A stretch of DNA of 64,000 bases from an uncultured Acidobacteriota bacterium (GCA_963779415.1 CAVZYA010000001.1:800001-864000), one strand, 5' to 3'. Shown: positions 28,050 to 38,796, counted from the first letter of the stretch. Translations and numbers: made by a program. Notes: a model not told the origin generated them from the sequence alone.

Positions 28050-29354
28050 ATGGAGCGACTCGGCGACCTGATGGTCGGAAGAGGCCTCGCCACGGAAGAG
28101 CAGAGGGCTCACGCTTTTCTGATCTACCGCCGGGAGGGGGGACGCTTCGGAACCGCGCTTCTCGAGTCGGGCGTCCCGGAGGCGGCCATCGCCGCGGCGC
28201 TCGGAATCCAGCACAACGTCGCGTCCGCCGGCGGGGCGGAGCTGGAGGAGATCAAGCCGGAGGTCCTTCGCCTCGTTTCGATCCGGAGTGCCCAGCGCCT
28301 CGGCCTCATTCCGTTCAAGCGGGAGGGGCGCGTCCTGTCGGTGGCGCTCAAGGACCCGAAGGATCTCCGGGCGCTGGACGAGATCGGTCTCGCGACGGGC
28401 CTTCAGGTCCGCGCTTTCGTCGCCACCGAGGCCCGGATCGACACGGCGCTCGCGAAGCATTACGGCGCGCGCGTCGAGCCGCGGCACGTCGGAGCGATTC
28501 GCCTTTCCGCCCACCGGAAACCGCCCCCCCGGCAGGACGCGAGCTCGACCGAACCGAGCACGGCACCGCGGCGGGCCCGGCCCGCCACGCTCCGGATCAT
28601 TCACCCGCCGACTTCGGGGGGCCGCTCTCCGATCCCTCCGTCGATACCCGCTCCGGCCGCCGCGAGGATCGCGCGCCCGAGCGCGACGACCCGGGACCGG
28701 ACGGATCCCTGGAGCAGCACCGACCCGCGCGGCACTGCCGCCGTCCTTCCGCTGGAGCAGGATTTCGTCGAGGACGCGTTCCGCTCCGCCGCGCCGGAAC
28801 CCTCCCCGCCCATGAGCCCCGAGCACCCGGAGCCGCGGATGCCCGACGATCTCGTTCCCGACGGACCGGCGCCGACCGTGGAGGAACGGCTCGCCGAAGA
28901 GCTCGGAGAGGCCACGACGAACGAGGACGTCATCGATGCCGTTCTCACCGCCGCCGGGCACTATGTCCGGCGGGTCGCTCTTTTCGTCGTGCAGGGAGAC
29001 TACGTCGCCGGGTGGGGCGCGCGCCCCGATCCTCCGGGAGAGCTGCGCGAGTTCCGTCTCCCGCTCGCCGAGGCCTCCGTCTTCGCCACGCTCCGCGACA
29101 CCGAGGGGTTCTACGTCGGCACCTACATGGACCTGCCGACCACGGTCCGGGTCCTTCGCGCGCTCGGCTCGGACGGGCTCGGCACGATGGCCGTCGTTCC
29201 GGTCACCCTCAAGGGAAAGACGGTTCTCTACATCTGGGGCGAGTCGGAGTCGTACACGCGCCCTCCCTCGGTCCCGGCCCTGAAGCGCCTCGCGGCGATG
29301 ATGGCCACGGGCCTGGAGATCGTCCGGCTCAAGAGCCGGCTCTTCGCCCTCTAG
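28050..29354 (+). CDS. MshEN/T2SSE-N domain protein with Pro-rich linker and GAF-like C-terminus
   Basis: [11 protein letters not shown]...[27 protein letters not shown]; no ATPase domain. Confidence 0.75.
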   Translation: MERLGDLMVGRGLATEEQRAHAFLIYRREGGRFGTALLESGVPEAAIAAALGIQHNVASAGGAELEEIKPEVLRLVSIRSAQRLGLIPFKREGRVLSVALKDPKDLRALDEIGLATGLQVRAFVATEARIDTALAKHYGARVEPRHVGAIRLSAHRKPPPRQDASSTEPSTAPRRARPATLRIIHPPTSGGRSPIPPSIPAPAAARIARPSATTRDRTDPWSSTDPRGTAAVLPLEQDFVEDAFRSAAPEPSPPMSPEHPEPRMPDDLVPDGPAPTVEERLAEELGEATTNEDVIDAVLTAAGHYVRRVALFVVQGDYVAGWGARPDPPGELREFRLPLAEASVFATLRDTEGFYVGTYMDLPTTVRVLRALGSDGLGTMAVVPVTLKGKTVLYIWGESESYTRPPSVPALKRLAAMMATGLEIVRLKSRLFAL

Positions 29355-29422
29355 CCCCTTCGGACCCCCCTAAGACTCTCGATTTGAACGAGATCAGGGA
29401 TTCCCGGTAAACTCCCCCCTGC

Positions 29423-29737
29423 GTGATCAAGAACGACATCATCAACGGCGTCGCGGACGCGGCCGGCGTCCCGCGCCAGAAGGCCGCTCTCGCCGTCGAA
29501 ACGATCATCGACGTCATGCGTCGCGCGCTCGAGCGCGGCGAGCGGATCGAGCTGCGCGGCTTCGGCGTCTTCCTCGTGAAGCCCCGCAAGAAGGGGATCG
29601 GACGAAATCCGAAACGGCCGACCGAGGAAGTCCAGATCCCGCCCGGATTCACGATCCGTTTCAAGCCGGGGAAGGAGCTGCGCGACCTGACGACGCCGGT
29701 TCCGGTCCCGGCCCCCGAAGAGCCCCCCAAGCCCTGA
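29423..29737 (+). CDS. HU/IHF family DNA-binding protein
   Basis: IELRGFGVF, GRNP, FKPGKEL. Confidence 0.92.
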   Translation: MIKNDIINGVADAAGVPRQKAALAVETIIDVMRRALERGERIELRGFGVFLVKPRKKGIGRNPKRPTEEVQIPPGFTIRFKPGKELRDLTTPVPVPAPEEPPKP

Positions 29738-29741
29738 CCGG

Positions 29742-30647
29742 ATGAGCGCGGGCTTTCCCGGGTCCGCTCCCCCGCCGCGAAGACGCGAGCGGTGGTGGCT
29801 TCACGGACTCCTCCTCGTCCTGACGATCGCCACGACGACGTACGTCGGAGCCGGATTCGCGGTCAACTTCCGGCCGGGCCTTCTTCCTGCGGGAGGCCTC
29901 GTCCGCGGCTCCCTCGCCCCGCTCGTCCGCGGCGCGCTCTCGTTCTCCCTGCCGCTCCTCGCGATCCTCCTCGCACACGAGATGGGGCACTACCTCATGT
30001 GCCGGCATTACGGGATCGACGCTTCGCCGCCGTATTTCCTTCCGTTCCCCTCCCTCGTCGGGACCCTCGGTGCCTTCATCCGGATCCGCCAGCCGATCGC
30101 TTCGAAGAGGCAGCTCTTCGACATCGGCGTCGCCGGACCGATCGCCGGATTCGTCGTGGCGATTCCGCTTCTCTTCTGGGGGATCGCCCATTCGCGCCCG
30201 AATCTCTCCCCGGTTCTCGAAGAGGGGACGATCCTTTTCCGCTATCCGCTCGCGGTGACGTGGGCTCAGATGCTGACCCTCGGCCAGACGTTCACGAGCG
30301 AGCAGGCGGTCGAGCACCCCGTCTTCCTCGCCGCGTGGTTCGGCCTCTTCGTCACGGCGCTGAATCTCCTCCCCATCGGCCAGCTCGACGGCGGACACGC
30401 CCTCTACGCGGTCCTCGGCCGCCACCAGCGGAGGGCCGCCTGGCCCATCCTCGCCGTCCTCGCCCTCCTCGGGCTGAAGTGGCCCGGCTGGTGGCTCTGG
30501 GTCGTCATCACGCTCTTCATCGGCGTGAAGCACCCGCCCGTCCTCGACGAGGACGAGTCGCTCGACCCGGCGCGCCTCGCCGTGGCGTTCCTCGTCCTGC
30601 TGATCTTCGCCGTCTGCTTCGCGCCGATCCCGCTCGTCGTCACCTGA
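29742..30647 (+). CDS. Site-2 protease (peptidase M50)
   Basis: HEMGH, GTLGAFI, AGP, NLLPIGQLDGGH. Confidence 0.92.
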   Translation: MSAGFPGSAPPPRRRERWWLHGLLLVLTIATTTYVGAGFAVNFRPGLLPAGGLVRGSLAPLVRGALSFSLPLLAILLAHEMGHYLMCRHYGIDASPPYFLPFPSLVGTLGAFIRIRQPIASKRQLFDIGVAGPIAGFVVAIPLLFWGIAHSRPNLSPVLEEGTILFRYPLAVTWAQMLTLGQTFTSEQAVEHPVFLAAWFGLFVTALNLLPIGQLDGGHALYAVLGRHQRRAAWPILAVLALLGLKWPGWWLWVVITLFIGVKHPPVLDEDESLDPARLAVAFLVLLIFAVCFAPIPLVVT

Positions 30648-30651
30648 GCGC

Positions 30652-31170
30652 TCAGGCACCCGTCAGCTTCAGGATCAGCCGGATCTGCCCCGTGTGGTAG
30701 ACGTCGTGAGCGGCGGCGCCGGCGATGAGACCCAGGAACGAACGGCGGCTGCCGGGCGCGCGGGACCGGAGCTTCTTTGCGGGGAAGACTTCGACTGCGG
30801 CGCGGAGCTTCCGGTGCTCCTCGCGGAGGAGAGCGAGATCCGCCGGCCACGATTCGAGAGCGGACGCCCCATCTCGCGGGAAGAAGTTGCTTCCCTTCAG
30901 AGGGAACGATCCCCGCTTCTCTCCGGTCAGCTTCCGACGGACGGCGTACTTCCAGTAGGCGCAGTGAAGAGCCAGCTCCTGGATGCTGTGGCGCCCCGCT
31001 CCCGGCCGGGCGCCCGCCTCGGCTGCCGAGAGCGTCCGGAGCGATCCGAAGAGATTCGGGCCGTGCCACGCTTTCCGGTCGAAAGCCTCGTCGAGGAGAT
31101 GGAGAAGGACCCCGATCTCGGGGCTCGTCTTTTTCGCATTCATCGCTCTCATCGTTCTCGTCGCATTCAT
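30652..31170 (-). CDS. DinB-family protein (start may be 31143)
   Basis: AWHGP, HSIQELALH..YW, HDVYHTGQI. Confidence 0.85.
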   Translation of the reverse strand: MNATRTMRAMNAKKTSPEIGVLLHLLDEAFDRKAWHGPNLFGSLRTLSAAEAGARPGAGRHSIQELALHCAYWKYAVRRKLTGEKRGSFPLKGSNFFPRDGASALESWPADLALLREEHRKLRAAVEVFPAKKLRSRAPGSRRSFLGLIAGAAAHDVYHTGQIRLILKLTGA

Positions 31171-31631
31171 CGTCCGCCTCCATCCGGCGCACGCTTCGAC
31201 CGCCAGGTGAAGGTGACCGGGCCGTCGTTGACGAGCTCCACCTCCATCATGGCGCCGAAGCGCCCCGTCTCGACCGGGACGCCATAGGCCTTGAGCGCCG
31301 CCACGTAGCGGGCGAAGAGCGGCTCGGCTACGTCCGGCCTGGCCGCCCCTTCGAAGCCGGGACGTCGCCCCCGCGAGAGGTCCGCGCCGAGCGTGAACTG
31401 CGACACGGCGAGGACGGAGCCTCCCGCCTCCCGGACGTCGCGGTTCATCCGCCCCGACCCGTCCGCGAAGACCCGAAGCTCCGCCGTCTTCCGCGCGGCC
31501 TCGTCAGCGCTCTCCTCGCCGTCCTGCGGCTCGACGCAGCCGAGGACGAGAAGCCCCGGCCCGATCGACCCGACGGTCTCGCCGCCGACGCGGACCGCGG
31601 CGCGCGTGACGCGCTGGAGGACGAGGATCAC
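31167..31631 (-). CDS. dtd: D-aminoacyl-tRNA deacylase
   Basis: LQRV..A.V, SQFTL, GRFGAMM.V.LVNDGPVT; GTGA overlap with murJ. Confidence 0.94.
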   Translation of the reverse strand: MILVLQRVTRAAVRVGGETVGSIGPGLLVLGCVEPQDGEESADEAARKTAELRVFADGSGRMNRDVREAGGSVLAVSQFTLGADLSRGRRPGFEGAARPDVAEPLFARYVAALKAYGVPVETGRFGAMMEVELVNDGPVTFTWRSKRAPDGGGR

Positions 31632-33190
31632 GCCTCCCTCCGCCGCCGGAGCACGCCGAAGATCTCCTCCACCTCGGGCGCCCGGAGCGCCACTGCCACG
31701 CCGACGAAGAGGAGCGAGGCCCCCGCGATCACCCCGATCAGCCACGAGCCCCTCGCGGCGAAGCGCCAGGCCGGATCGTACGGGAGGAGCCTTTCGGCGG
31801 CGGCGAGGACGACGACCCCCATCACGAGGCTCGCGCCGAGCGTCCGGCCGAGCGACCGGATCAGCTCGCGTCCCCCGAGGGGGCCGAGCTTCCGGCGAAG
31901 GAGCGCGAAGAGGAGGAGGAAGTTGATCCAGAAGCCGGCCGAGGTCGCGAGGGCGACGCCGGCGTGCTTCATCGGTCCCGCGAGGACGACGCAGAGGATC
32001 CAGAAGACGCCGAGGTCGAACGTCGCGACGGCGACCGGCGTCCGCGTGTCGTGGAGGGCGTAGAACGCCTGCGTCAGGATCTTCACCCCCGCCGCGGCGA
32101 AGAGGCCGAGGGAGAAGAAGAGAACGGCGAGGGACGTCTGCGTCACGTCGGCGGCGTCGAACTTCCCGCGCCGGAAGATGACGTCGATGATCGGCCGGGC
32201 CACGAGGAGGAGCCCGATCATCGACGGGATCGTCACGAACCCGACGAGGCGGAGGGCGAGCGCGAGCGTTCCCCGGTAGGCCTCCCGCCCCGCGACGAGC
32301 GCCTGGTCGGAGAGCGACGGGAGGACGGCGCGCGTCAGGGAGACGACGAAGCCGCCGAGGACGAAGTCGACGACGCGGAAGGCACAGAAATTGAACGTGA
32401 CGAAGGCGTCTCCGAGGGCCGCGAGCGTCCGGGTGGAGACGAGGAAGGAGAGCTGGCCGACGCCGTATCCGTAGAGGCGCGGGGCGATCAGCAGGACGGT
32501 CTCTTTCACCTCGGGGTCGCCGAACGGGGAGCCTCCGGCGCGGAAGCCGAGCCGCCGGGCCGCCGGAAGCTGGAGAAGCGCCTGCGCCGCGCCGCCGAGG
32601 AGCACGCCGACCACGAGCGCCGTCGTCGGCGCGACGCCTGCCGGGGCGAGAAGCCAGACGGCGGCGACGATCGCGAGATTGAACGCCACGGGGGTCGCCG
32701 CGGAGAGCTGGAAGCGTCCCTGCGTGTTGAGGAACGCCTCGAGGAGGGCCGCCACGGAGACGAGGAGGATGTACGGGAAGAGCCAGCGCGTCAGCGTCAC
32801 CGTGAGCTCGAATTTCCCGGGGACGGAGCGAAAGCCCGACGCGAAAAGGACCACGAGGAAAGGCGCGAAGAGAATCCCGAGAGCCGTCAGCCCTGCGAGT
32901 ACCAGAAGGAGGAGAGCGAGGACGCGTCCCGCGTAGGCCCCTTCCTCCCCCGGCCTCGCGCGCGCCACGCGCCGTGCCATCGGGACGAACGCCCCCGGGA
33001 GCCCCCCCTCCCCGACGATCGCGCGGAAGGTGTTCGGGATCCGGAACGCCGTGTAGAAGGCGTCCGAGAGGGCCGAGGCGCCGAGAAAACGGGCGATCGT
33101 CGCGTCGCGCAGCACGCCGGCGAGGCGCGAAAGCGTCGTCCACGCCGTGATCCCCCAGGTGGCCCGCACGACCTTCCGGGCGTCGCTCAA
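31628..33190 (-). CDS. murJ: Lipid II flippase MurJ
   Basis: SRLAGVLRD, DAFYTAFRIPN..R...GEG...AFVP, FYALHDTRTP; TTG start inferred. Confidence 0.93.
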   Translation of the reverse strand: MSDARKVVRATWGITAWTTLSRLAGVLRDATIARFLGASALSDAFYTAFRIPNTFRAIVGEGGLPGAFVPMARRVARARPGEEGAYAGRVLALLLLVLAGLTALGILFAPFLVVLFASGFRSVPGKFELTVTLTRWLFPYILLVSVAALLEAFLNTQGRFQLSAATPVAFNLAIVAAVWLLAPAGVAPTTALVVGVLLGGAAQALLQLPAARRLGFRAGGSPFGDPEVKETVLLIAPRLYGYGVGQLSFLVSTRTLAALGDAFVTFNFCAFRVVDFVLGGFVVSLTRAVLPSLSDQALVAGREAYRGTLALALRLVGFVTIPSMIGLLLVARPIIDVIFRRGKFDAADVTQTSLAVLFFSLGLFAAAGVKILTQAFYALHDTRTPVAVATFDLGVFWILCVVLAGPMKHAGVALATSAGFWINFLLLFALLRRKLGPLGGRELIRSLGRTLGASLVMGVVVLAAAERLLPYDPAWRFAARGSWLIGVIAGASLLFVGVAVALRAPEVEEIFGVLRRRREA

Positions 33191-33263
33191 CTCGCCGCGA
33201 TTGTAAGGGCGCCACGCGCCCCCTTTGGTAGGATCGCCTTTCACACGGAATCGGAGGTTTCTC

Positions 33264-33680
33264 ATGGCGGGATCCGTCAACAAGGTCATCCTGATCGGCC
33301 ACCTCGGCGCCGACCCCGAAATGCGCCAGACGACCGCCGGCGTTCCGATCGCGCGCCTGCGCATCGCGACGACGGAAACCTGGAACGACCGGAACACGGG
33401 GCAGAAGCAGGAGCGGACCGAGTGGCACACGGTCATCGCCTACGACAAGCTCGCCGGAATCTGCGAACGGTATCTCGCGAAGGGGCGCCTCGTCTACATC
33501 GAGGGGGCGCTCCAGACCCGCTCGTGGGACGACAAGGAGACGGGGCAGAAGCGCTACGCCACGGAGATCAAGGCACGCGACATGAAGATGCTCGGCGCGC
33601 GTCCCGAGGGCTCCTCCGGCGTCGGTCCGGCCGTCTCCGAGCCGGCCGCCGGCGAAGCCGACGACGACGTCCCCTTCTAA
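33264..33680 (+). CDS. ssb: Single-stranded DNA-binding protein
   Basis: SVNKVILIG.LG.DPE, TEWH, C-terminal DDDVPF; GGAGG RBS. Confidence 0.97.
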   Translation: MAGSVNKVILIGHLGADPEMRQTTAGVPIARLRIATTETWNDRNTGQKQERTEWHTVIAYDKLAGICERYLAKGRLVYIEGALQTRSWDDKETGQKRYATEIKARDMKMLGARPEGSSGVGPAVSEPAAGEADDDVPF

Positions 33681-33723
33681 GAAAAGAGCTTGCAGCTCGC
33701 TTCGCTCGCTGAACCCGTAGCTC

Positions 33724-33796
33724 TCGGCTGACCGGTGTCAAGGGTCATCGACCGCTGCGCGGCGCGCGAAGCGCGCCCTTGACTCCGGTCAGCCGA
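33724..33796. repeat. Long inverted repeat between convergent ssb and nagZ (REP-like element or bidirectional terminator)
   Basis: TCGGCTGACCGG-T-GTCAAGGG ... CCCTTGAC-T-CCGGTCAGCCGA, 21-bp arms with one mismatch; internal GCGCGC-GAA-GCGCGC hairpin. Confidence 0.65.
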
Positions 33797-33838
33797 CAGC
33801 ACGTTTTCCTCTATCGGCGGCTGCACAGGCAGCCGCCG

Positions 33839-34903
33839 CTATAAGAACTCTCCGTCTTTCTTTCGCTCTCTCGGCTTTTCGAGTTTCTCGAGGAAGACCT
33901 TGACCTCGTCGGCGAGTGAGGCCCATGCCTGCGGCGTGAAGGGGAGGCGGGGGGAGAAGCGGCAGCGGGATCGGAGGTTCGCGATTCGGCTCTCCGAGTC
34001 CTCCGCCGAATCCTTGATCTCCCCGACGCGGGCGACGCACTCCGCGTAGTCGTCGATCCCGCGGGCCGCGACGAGAACGTCGGCGCCGGCCGCGGCCGAC
34101 CGGGCGGCGCGCTCGGCGAGGCTTCCGGCGAGCGCTCCCATCGTCAGGTCGTCGGTGTAGACGACGCCGGCAAAGCCGATCCGGCTCCGGAGCAGGTCGT
34201 AGAAAAACGGAGAGCCCGAGGCCGGCACGCTCTCGCCCGTGAAGCCGGGGTAGGCCGCGTGGCCGACCATCACGCCGTCGGCCGTCCGCGCGAGCTTCTC
34301 GAAAGGATGGACGTCGGTCACCATCAGGTCGACGTCGTGTGCGTCGACGACCGGAAGTTGGAAGTGTGAGTCGACGGGTCCGCGCCCGAGCCCGGGGAAG
34401 TGCTTGAGGCAGGTCGCCACTCCGGCGCGCGCGAGGCCGTGGAGGAAGACGGTCCCGGCGAGCGTGACGTCCTCCGGATGAAAGCCGAAGCAGCGCCCCT
34501 CGAGAATCGTGGCCCCCGTTCCAGGCTGCGCGAGGTCGAGAACCGGGGCGAAGTCGACGTCGAATCCGAGGAGTCTTGCGGCGCGCCCCATCAGGAAGGC
34601 CGACTCGTGGACGAAGTCGGTCCCTTTCGCGGCGACCGCCTCGGCCGACGGAAACGGCGCTCCGAGAAGCGGTCCGATCCGGTCGACCGTCCCCCCCTCC
34701 TGGTCGACATAGAGAAGAGGCGATGGAGTCGAGAACCGGCGCAGCTCCTCTATCAGCGTGACGACCCGGGAGGGGGAAGAAAGATTTCTTCCAGAGAGAA
34801 TGAAACCGAGAGGCGGATTTCGGGAGAAGAACGCCCGTTCCCGCTCCTCGAGCTCGGCCCCTTCGAGCCCGAACACGAATCGCTCTGATGCCCGAAAAAC
34901 CAC
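33839..34903 (-). CDS. nagZ: Beta-N-acetylhexosaminidase (GH3)
   Basis: VDQEGG.V.R, DFAPVLD, KHFPGLG...DSH, TDDL.M. Confidence 0.9.
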   Translation of the reverse strand: MVFRASERFVFGLEGAELEERERAFFSRNPPLGFILSGRNLSSPSRVVTLIEELRRFSTPSPLLYVDQEGGTVDRIGPLLGAPFPSAEAVAAKGTDFVHESAFLMGRAARLLGFDVDFAPVLDLAQPGTGATILEGRCFGFHPEDVTLAGTVFLHGLARAGVATCLKHFPGLGRGPVDSHFQLPVVDAHDVDLMVTDVHPFEKLARTADGVMVGHAAYPGFTGESVPASGSPFFYDLLRSRIGFAGVVYTDDLTMGALAGSLAERAARSAAAGADVLVAARGIDDYAECVARVGEIKDSAEDSESRIANLRSRCRFSPRLPFTPQAWASLADEVKVFLEKLEKPRERKKDGEFL

Positions 34904-34977
34904 CGTTCTCTCCCCCCTCTAGGAAATCTCTCTTTGCAGACCATGACCCCCGGGAGGACGTGACCCGGTACGCCGGG

Positions 34978-37614
34978 TCATTCCTCGCCCCGCAGTCGGA
35001 CCTTGAACGTCGCGAGGAGCTGAAGCGCGGCGAGCGGCGTCATTCCGTCGACGTCGAGCTTCCCGATCGCGTCGAGGACGAGCTCCCCCTGCCCGCGGAA
35101 GAGGTCGAGCTGCGTCTCCTTCGGCGCCGGCTCCCCGGCGTGCTCGGCGAGTCGCGGCCGGCCCCCCACGTCCAGCTGCTGCCTCTCGAGGTTGTGAAGG
35201 ATCTCCCGGGCGCGGGCGAGAACCGGCTCCGGGATTCCCGCGAGGCGCGCCACCTGCACGCCGTAGGAGCGGTCGGCCGTCCCGTCCGCGACCTTCCTGA
35301 GGAAGACGACCTCGCCCTGCCACTCCTTCGCAGTCATCATCCGGTTCTTCGCGTCGCGCTTGACGAGCGCGATCTCGGTCAGCTCGTGATAGTGCGTGGC
35401 GAAAAGGACGCGCGAGACACTCCCCTTCCCGCTGCCGTCCTCGCCGTCGTGAAGCCGCTCCGCGATGGCCCACGCGAGGGAGAGGCCGTCGAAGGTGGCC
35501 GTGCCGCGGCCGATCTCGTCGAGGATGACGAGGCTCCGCCGCGTCGCGTGCCGAAGAATGTGCGCCGTCTCGGCCATCTCGACGAGAAATGTCGACTCGC
35601 CCCGGACGAGGGAGTCCGACGCTCCGACGCGCGTGAAGATCCGGTCCGCGAGCCCCACGGTGACGGATGCCGCCGGAACGAAGGAGCCGGCGTGGGCGAG
35701 GAGGACGATCAGGGCGTTCTGGCGCAGGTAGGTCGACTTCCCCCCCATGTTCGGCCCGGTCAGGATGACGAGCCGCTCTCCTTCCCCCCCGAGGGAGGTG
35801 TCGTTCGGGATGAACGGCTCGCGGGGTCGGAGCGCCTCGACGACGGGGTGGCGGCCGTCCGTGACGAGGAGGACCGGCTCCTCGACGATCCGCGGGCGCG
35901 TCCATCGTCCGGCGCGCGCGACGCGGGCGAGGGCCGCGAGCGCATCCAGGCGCCCCAGCCGTCCCGCCGCTTCGAGGATCGCCGGAGCCTCGGCCACGAT
36001 CTCGGCCACGAGTGCCCGGAACAGCTCCGCTTCCTTCTCGAACAGCCGCGCGTCGGCCGTCCGGAGCTTCTCGTCCAGATCCACGAGCTCCGGCGTCGCG
36101 TATCGCTCGACACTCGCGAGGGTCTGCCGCTTCAGGGCCCCCTCCGGGATCTTCGCCCGCGCGGAGCCCGGGACCTCGAAGACGTGGCCGAAGACCTGGT
36201 TGAACTTGACCCGCAGGGTCGGGACGCCACGCTCCACTCTCTCCTTCGCCTCGAGGGCGGAGAGGAGGCTCGAGGCGTCCCGCCGGAGAGCGCGGATTTC
36301 GTCCACTCCCGCGTCGACGCCGTCCCGGAAGATCCCCCCCTCCCGCGCCGTCGCCGGAAGATCGGGCGCGAGTCGCGCCGCGACTCCCGCGCCGAGAGCC
36401 GACGGAACGCCGGCCGGAGACGCCTCTCCCGATCCGCGAAGGGCCCCGGCCCGGACTCCTTCGAGGAGAGGCCCGATCGCTTCTCCTTTCACGAGCCCCG
36501 CCGCGAGGCCCGCCACCTCGCGGGGCGTTGCGGAGCCGACCGCGAGGCGCGAAAGGACGCGCGGGAGGTCCGGGATCTCCCGGAGCTTCTTCTCGATCCT
36601 CTCCAGCCGCTCGGAGGACTCCATCAGCTCCTCGACGGCGTCGAGCCGGGCCTCGATCGCGCCCGCGTTCGAGAGCGGCCGTTCGAGGAGCCGCCTGAGG
36701 GCACGCGCGCCGAAAGCCGTTCCCGTCCTGTCGAGGACGTCGAGAAGCGTCCCCGCCCGCCCGCCGTCCCGGAGCGAGCGGAAGAGCTCGAGGTGCCCCG
36801 CCGTGATGGCGTCGACGACGAGCCCTTCTTCGGCCGGCTCGCTCCGGAGGGAGGTGACGTGCGCGCAGTCGGAGCGCTGCGTCCTCTGGACGTAGTGAAG
36901 GAGCGCCGCCGCCGCGTCGACCGCGGGGCCGGCTTCGGGCAAGCCGAACGGCGAAAGCGACGAGGTGCGGAAGTGCCGCTCGAGAAGCTCCGCCGCGCCC
37001 CTTCCCCGCGGCGCGGACGAAACCGGCGAGAGGATCGGCGGCTCGGCGGAGAGCGCCGGGAGCCATGCCGAGACCGTCTCTCGATCCCCCTCGAAACAGA
37101 CCATCTCCGTCGGGACCCGCCGCTTCAGCCATTCGGCGGCCGCCGCGTGCCCGGAGAGGCGGACGACGGAGAACTCGCCCGTCGAGAGGTCGAGGAAGGC
37201 GAGCGCGGCCTCCGAGGCGTCCCACGCGACGGCGGCAAGCTCGTTGGCCCGCCGGGCATCGAGCCGGTCCGGGTCGAGGAGGGTGCCCGGCGTGACGATC
37301 CGGACGATCTTCCGCTCGACGAGGGTTTTCCCCCGGAGCGCCGGCTCCGCCTGGTCCGCGATGGCGACCTTCTTCCCGGCCGCGACGAGACGGGCGACGT
37401 ACGTGTCGAGCTGGTGCCACGGGATGCCGCACATCGGGGCCTCGATGTCGCTGTCCCGGTGCCGCGCCGTCAGGACGAGGCCGAGGAGCGGCGCCGCCGT
37501 CTCGGCGTCTTCGAAGAACATCTCGTAGAAATCGCCGAGCCGGTAGAGAAGGATGGCGCCTTCGGCCTCGCGCTTGAGGCTCCAATACTGCTCGAGCATC
37601 GGCGTCGTGCGCAT
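34978..37614 (-). CDS. mutS: DNA mismatch repair protein MutS
   Basis: TPMLEQY, GDFYEMF, TGPNMGGKSTYLRQ, STFLVEM, DEIGRGT, FATHYHEL. Confidence 0.98.
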   Translation of the reverse strand: MRTTPMLEQYWSLKREAEGAILLYRLGDFYEMFFEDAETAAPLLGLVLTARHRDSDIEAPMCGIPWHQLDTYVARLVAAGKKVAIADQAEPALRGKTLVERKIVRIVTPGTLLDPDRLDARRANELAAVAWDASEAALAFLDLSTGEFSVVRLSGHAAAAEWLKRRVPTEMVCFEGDRETVSAWLPALSAEPPILSPVSSAPRGRGAAELLERHFRTSSLSPFGLPEAGPAVDAAAALLHYVQRTQRSDCAHVTSLRSEPAEEGLVVDAITAGHLELFRSLRDGGRAGTLLDVLDRTGTAFGARALRRLLERPLSNAGAIEARLDAVEELMESSERLERIEKKLREIPDLPRVLSRLAVGSATPREVAGLAAGLVKGEAIGPLLEGVRAGALRGSGEASPAGVPSALGAGVAARLAPDLPATAREGGIFRDGVDAGVDEIRALRRDASSLLSALEAKERVERGVPTLRVKFNQVFGHVFEVPGSARAKIPEGALKRQTLASVERYATPELVDLDEKLRTADARLFEKEAELFRALVAEIVAEAPAILEAAGRLGRLDALAALARVARAGRWTRPRIVEEPVLLVTDGRHPVVEALRPREPFIPNDTSLGGEGERLVILTGPNMGGKSTYLRQNALIVLLAHAGSFVPAASVTVGLADRIFTRVGASDSLVRGESTFLVEMAETAHILRHATRRSLVILDEIGRGTATFDGLSLAWAIAERLHDGEDGSGKGSVSRVLFATHYHELTEIALVKRDAKNRMMTAKEWQGEVVFLRKVADGTADRSYGVQVARLAGIPEPVLARAREILHNLERQQLDVGGRPRLAEHAGEPAPKETQLDLFRGQGELVLDAIGKLDVDGMTPLAALQLLATFKVRLRGEE

Positions 37615-37654
37615 GGGAAGGGGACGGGGATGCTAGCATCGCCAAAGCGCCGTG

Positions 37655-38264
37655 ATGCGTGTTCTCGCCCTCGACACGGCTTCTCCACGCCCGGCCCTGG
37701 CCCTGCTCGAAGTATCGGAGGGGGGCGGGGAGCGCATCTGGCTGCGTCCGCTCCCCCTCTCGGCCGCCGAGGCGCGTCGCCCCGGAGCTGGACGCGCTCC
37801 TTCGCGAAGCCGGCCTCTCGGCACGCGATCTCTCGCGCGTCGCCGTCCTCTCCGGTCCCGGCTCCTTCACGGGGCTTCGCGCGGGGACCGCGTTCGCCCG
37901 CGGGGTCGCTCGCGCGCTCGGCATCCCCTTCGTCGCCATCGGGACGTTCGACGCCGCGGCAGCGGCGCTCCCGGAGCTTGCCGAAGCCGTTTTCGTCCTC
38001 GACGCCGGCCGGGGGGAGGTCCACCGGGCCCGCCTCCGCCGCGGCCGGCTCGACGTGGACGCCTCACCCGTCCCTCTCGCCGTCGCGCGCGCCGAGGCCG
38101 AAGCCGGGGCGACGCCCGTCGTCGACCTCGCGCTTTCTCGAGGCTCCCTCGCCCTCGCCGCGGCCCGCCTCGCGCGGGCGGGAGAGCCGGGAGCCGGAGA
38201 GGCGAACCCGGCGTACGGCCGCCGGAGCGCCGCGGAGGAGAAGCTGGAGAGAGGACGGCCGTGA
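37655..38264 (+). CDS. tsaB: t6A biosynthesis protein TsaB, frameshift near 37775
   Basis: MRVLALDTA in one frame; GPGSFTGLR and DAGRGEV in the next. Confidence 0.85.
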
Positions 38265-38786
38265 GCGCTCTCGCCCTCCGCGTCGACATCCGGGAAGCCC
38301 GCCGGTCGGACCTCGACGCGGTCGCCGACCTGGAGCGGGCCTCCTTCCCGGTCCCCTGGAAGCGGGAGTACTTCGAGGCGGAGGTCGGCGCGCCGTTCCG
38401 GCGGAACCTCGTCGCCCGCGACGAGCGGGGCCGGCTGGCCGGCTACGTCTTCTGCGCCTTCGCCGGGGGCGAGATCCACGTCAACAAGATCGCCGTCTGA
38501 CCCGGCCGCGCGGCGGCAGCGGCTCGCCACGCGCCTCATGGACGAGATCCTCCGCTTCGCGGACGAGATCCGGGCCGAGGAGATCTACCTCGAGGTGAGG
38601 GTCTCGAACGCCCCGGCCCGACGGTTCTACGAAGGGCTCGGCTTCGTCGAGGCGGGCTGCCGGGCCCGGTACTATCTGGACGGCGAGGACGCTCTCGTCA
38701 TGGTTTACAGAATGCCGATCCGGCGTCTTGACGCGGTCCCCCGCGAAAAGGGAGACTCCGGAGAGTCTCCTGGATCTCCCTCCTAA
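38261..38786 (+). CDS. rimI: Ribosomal protein N-acetyltransferase RimI, frameshift at about 38498
   Basis: LERASFPVPW...EIHVNKIAV, then (one extra T) DPAARRQRLA...LEVRVSN.PARRFY..LGF...YY.DGEDALVM. Confidence 0.85.
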
Positions 38787-38796
38787 GGAGGTGCCG

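Noticed and set aside
31134-31172. TCGCATTCATCG repeated twice at the DinB start
   Set aside because: Short local duplication that only makes the start codon ambiguous
37652-38500. Apparent TsaB-RimI fusion ORF or programmed frameshifting
   Set aside because: Produced by two separate indels; no slippery heptamer is evident and similar indels are scattered across the window
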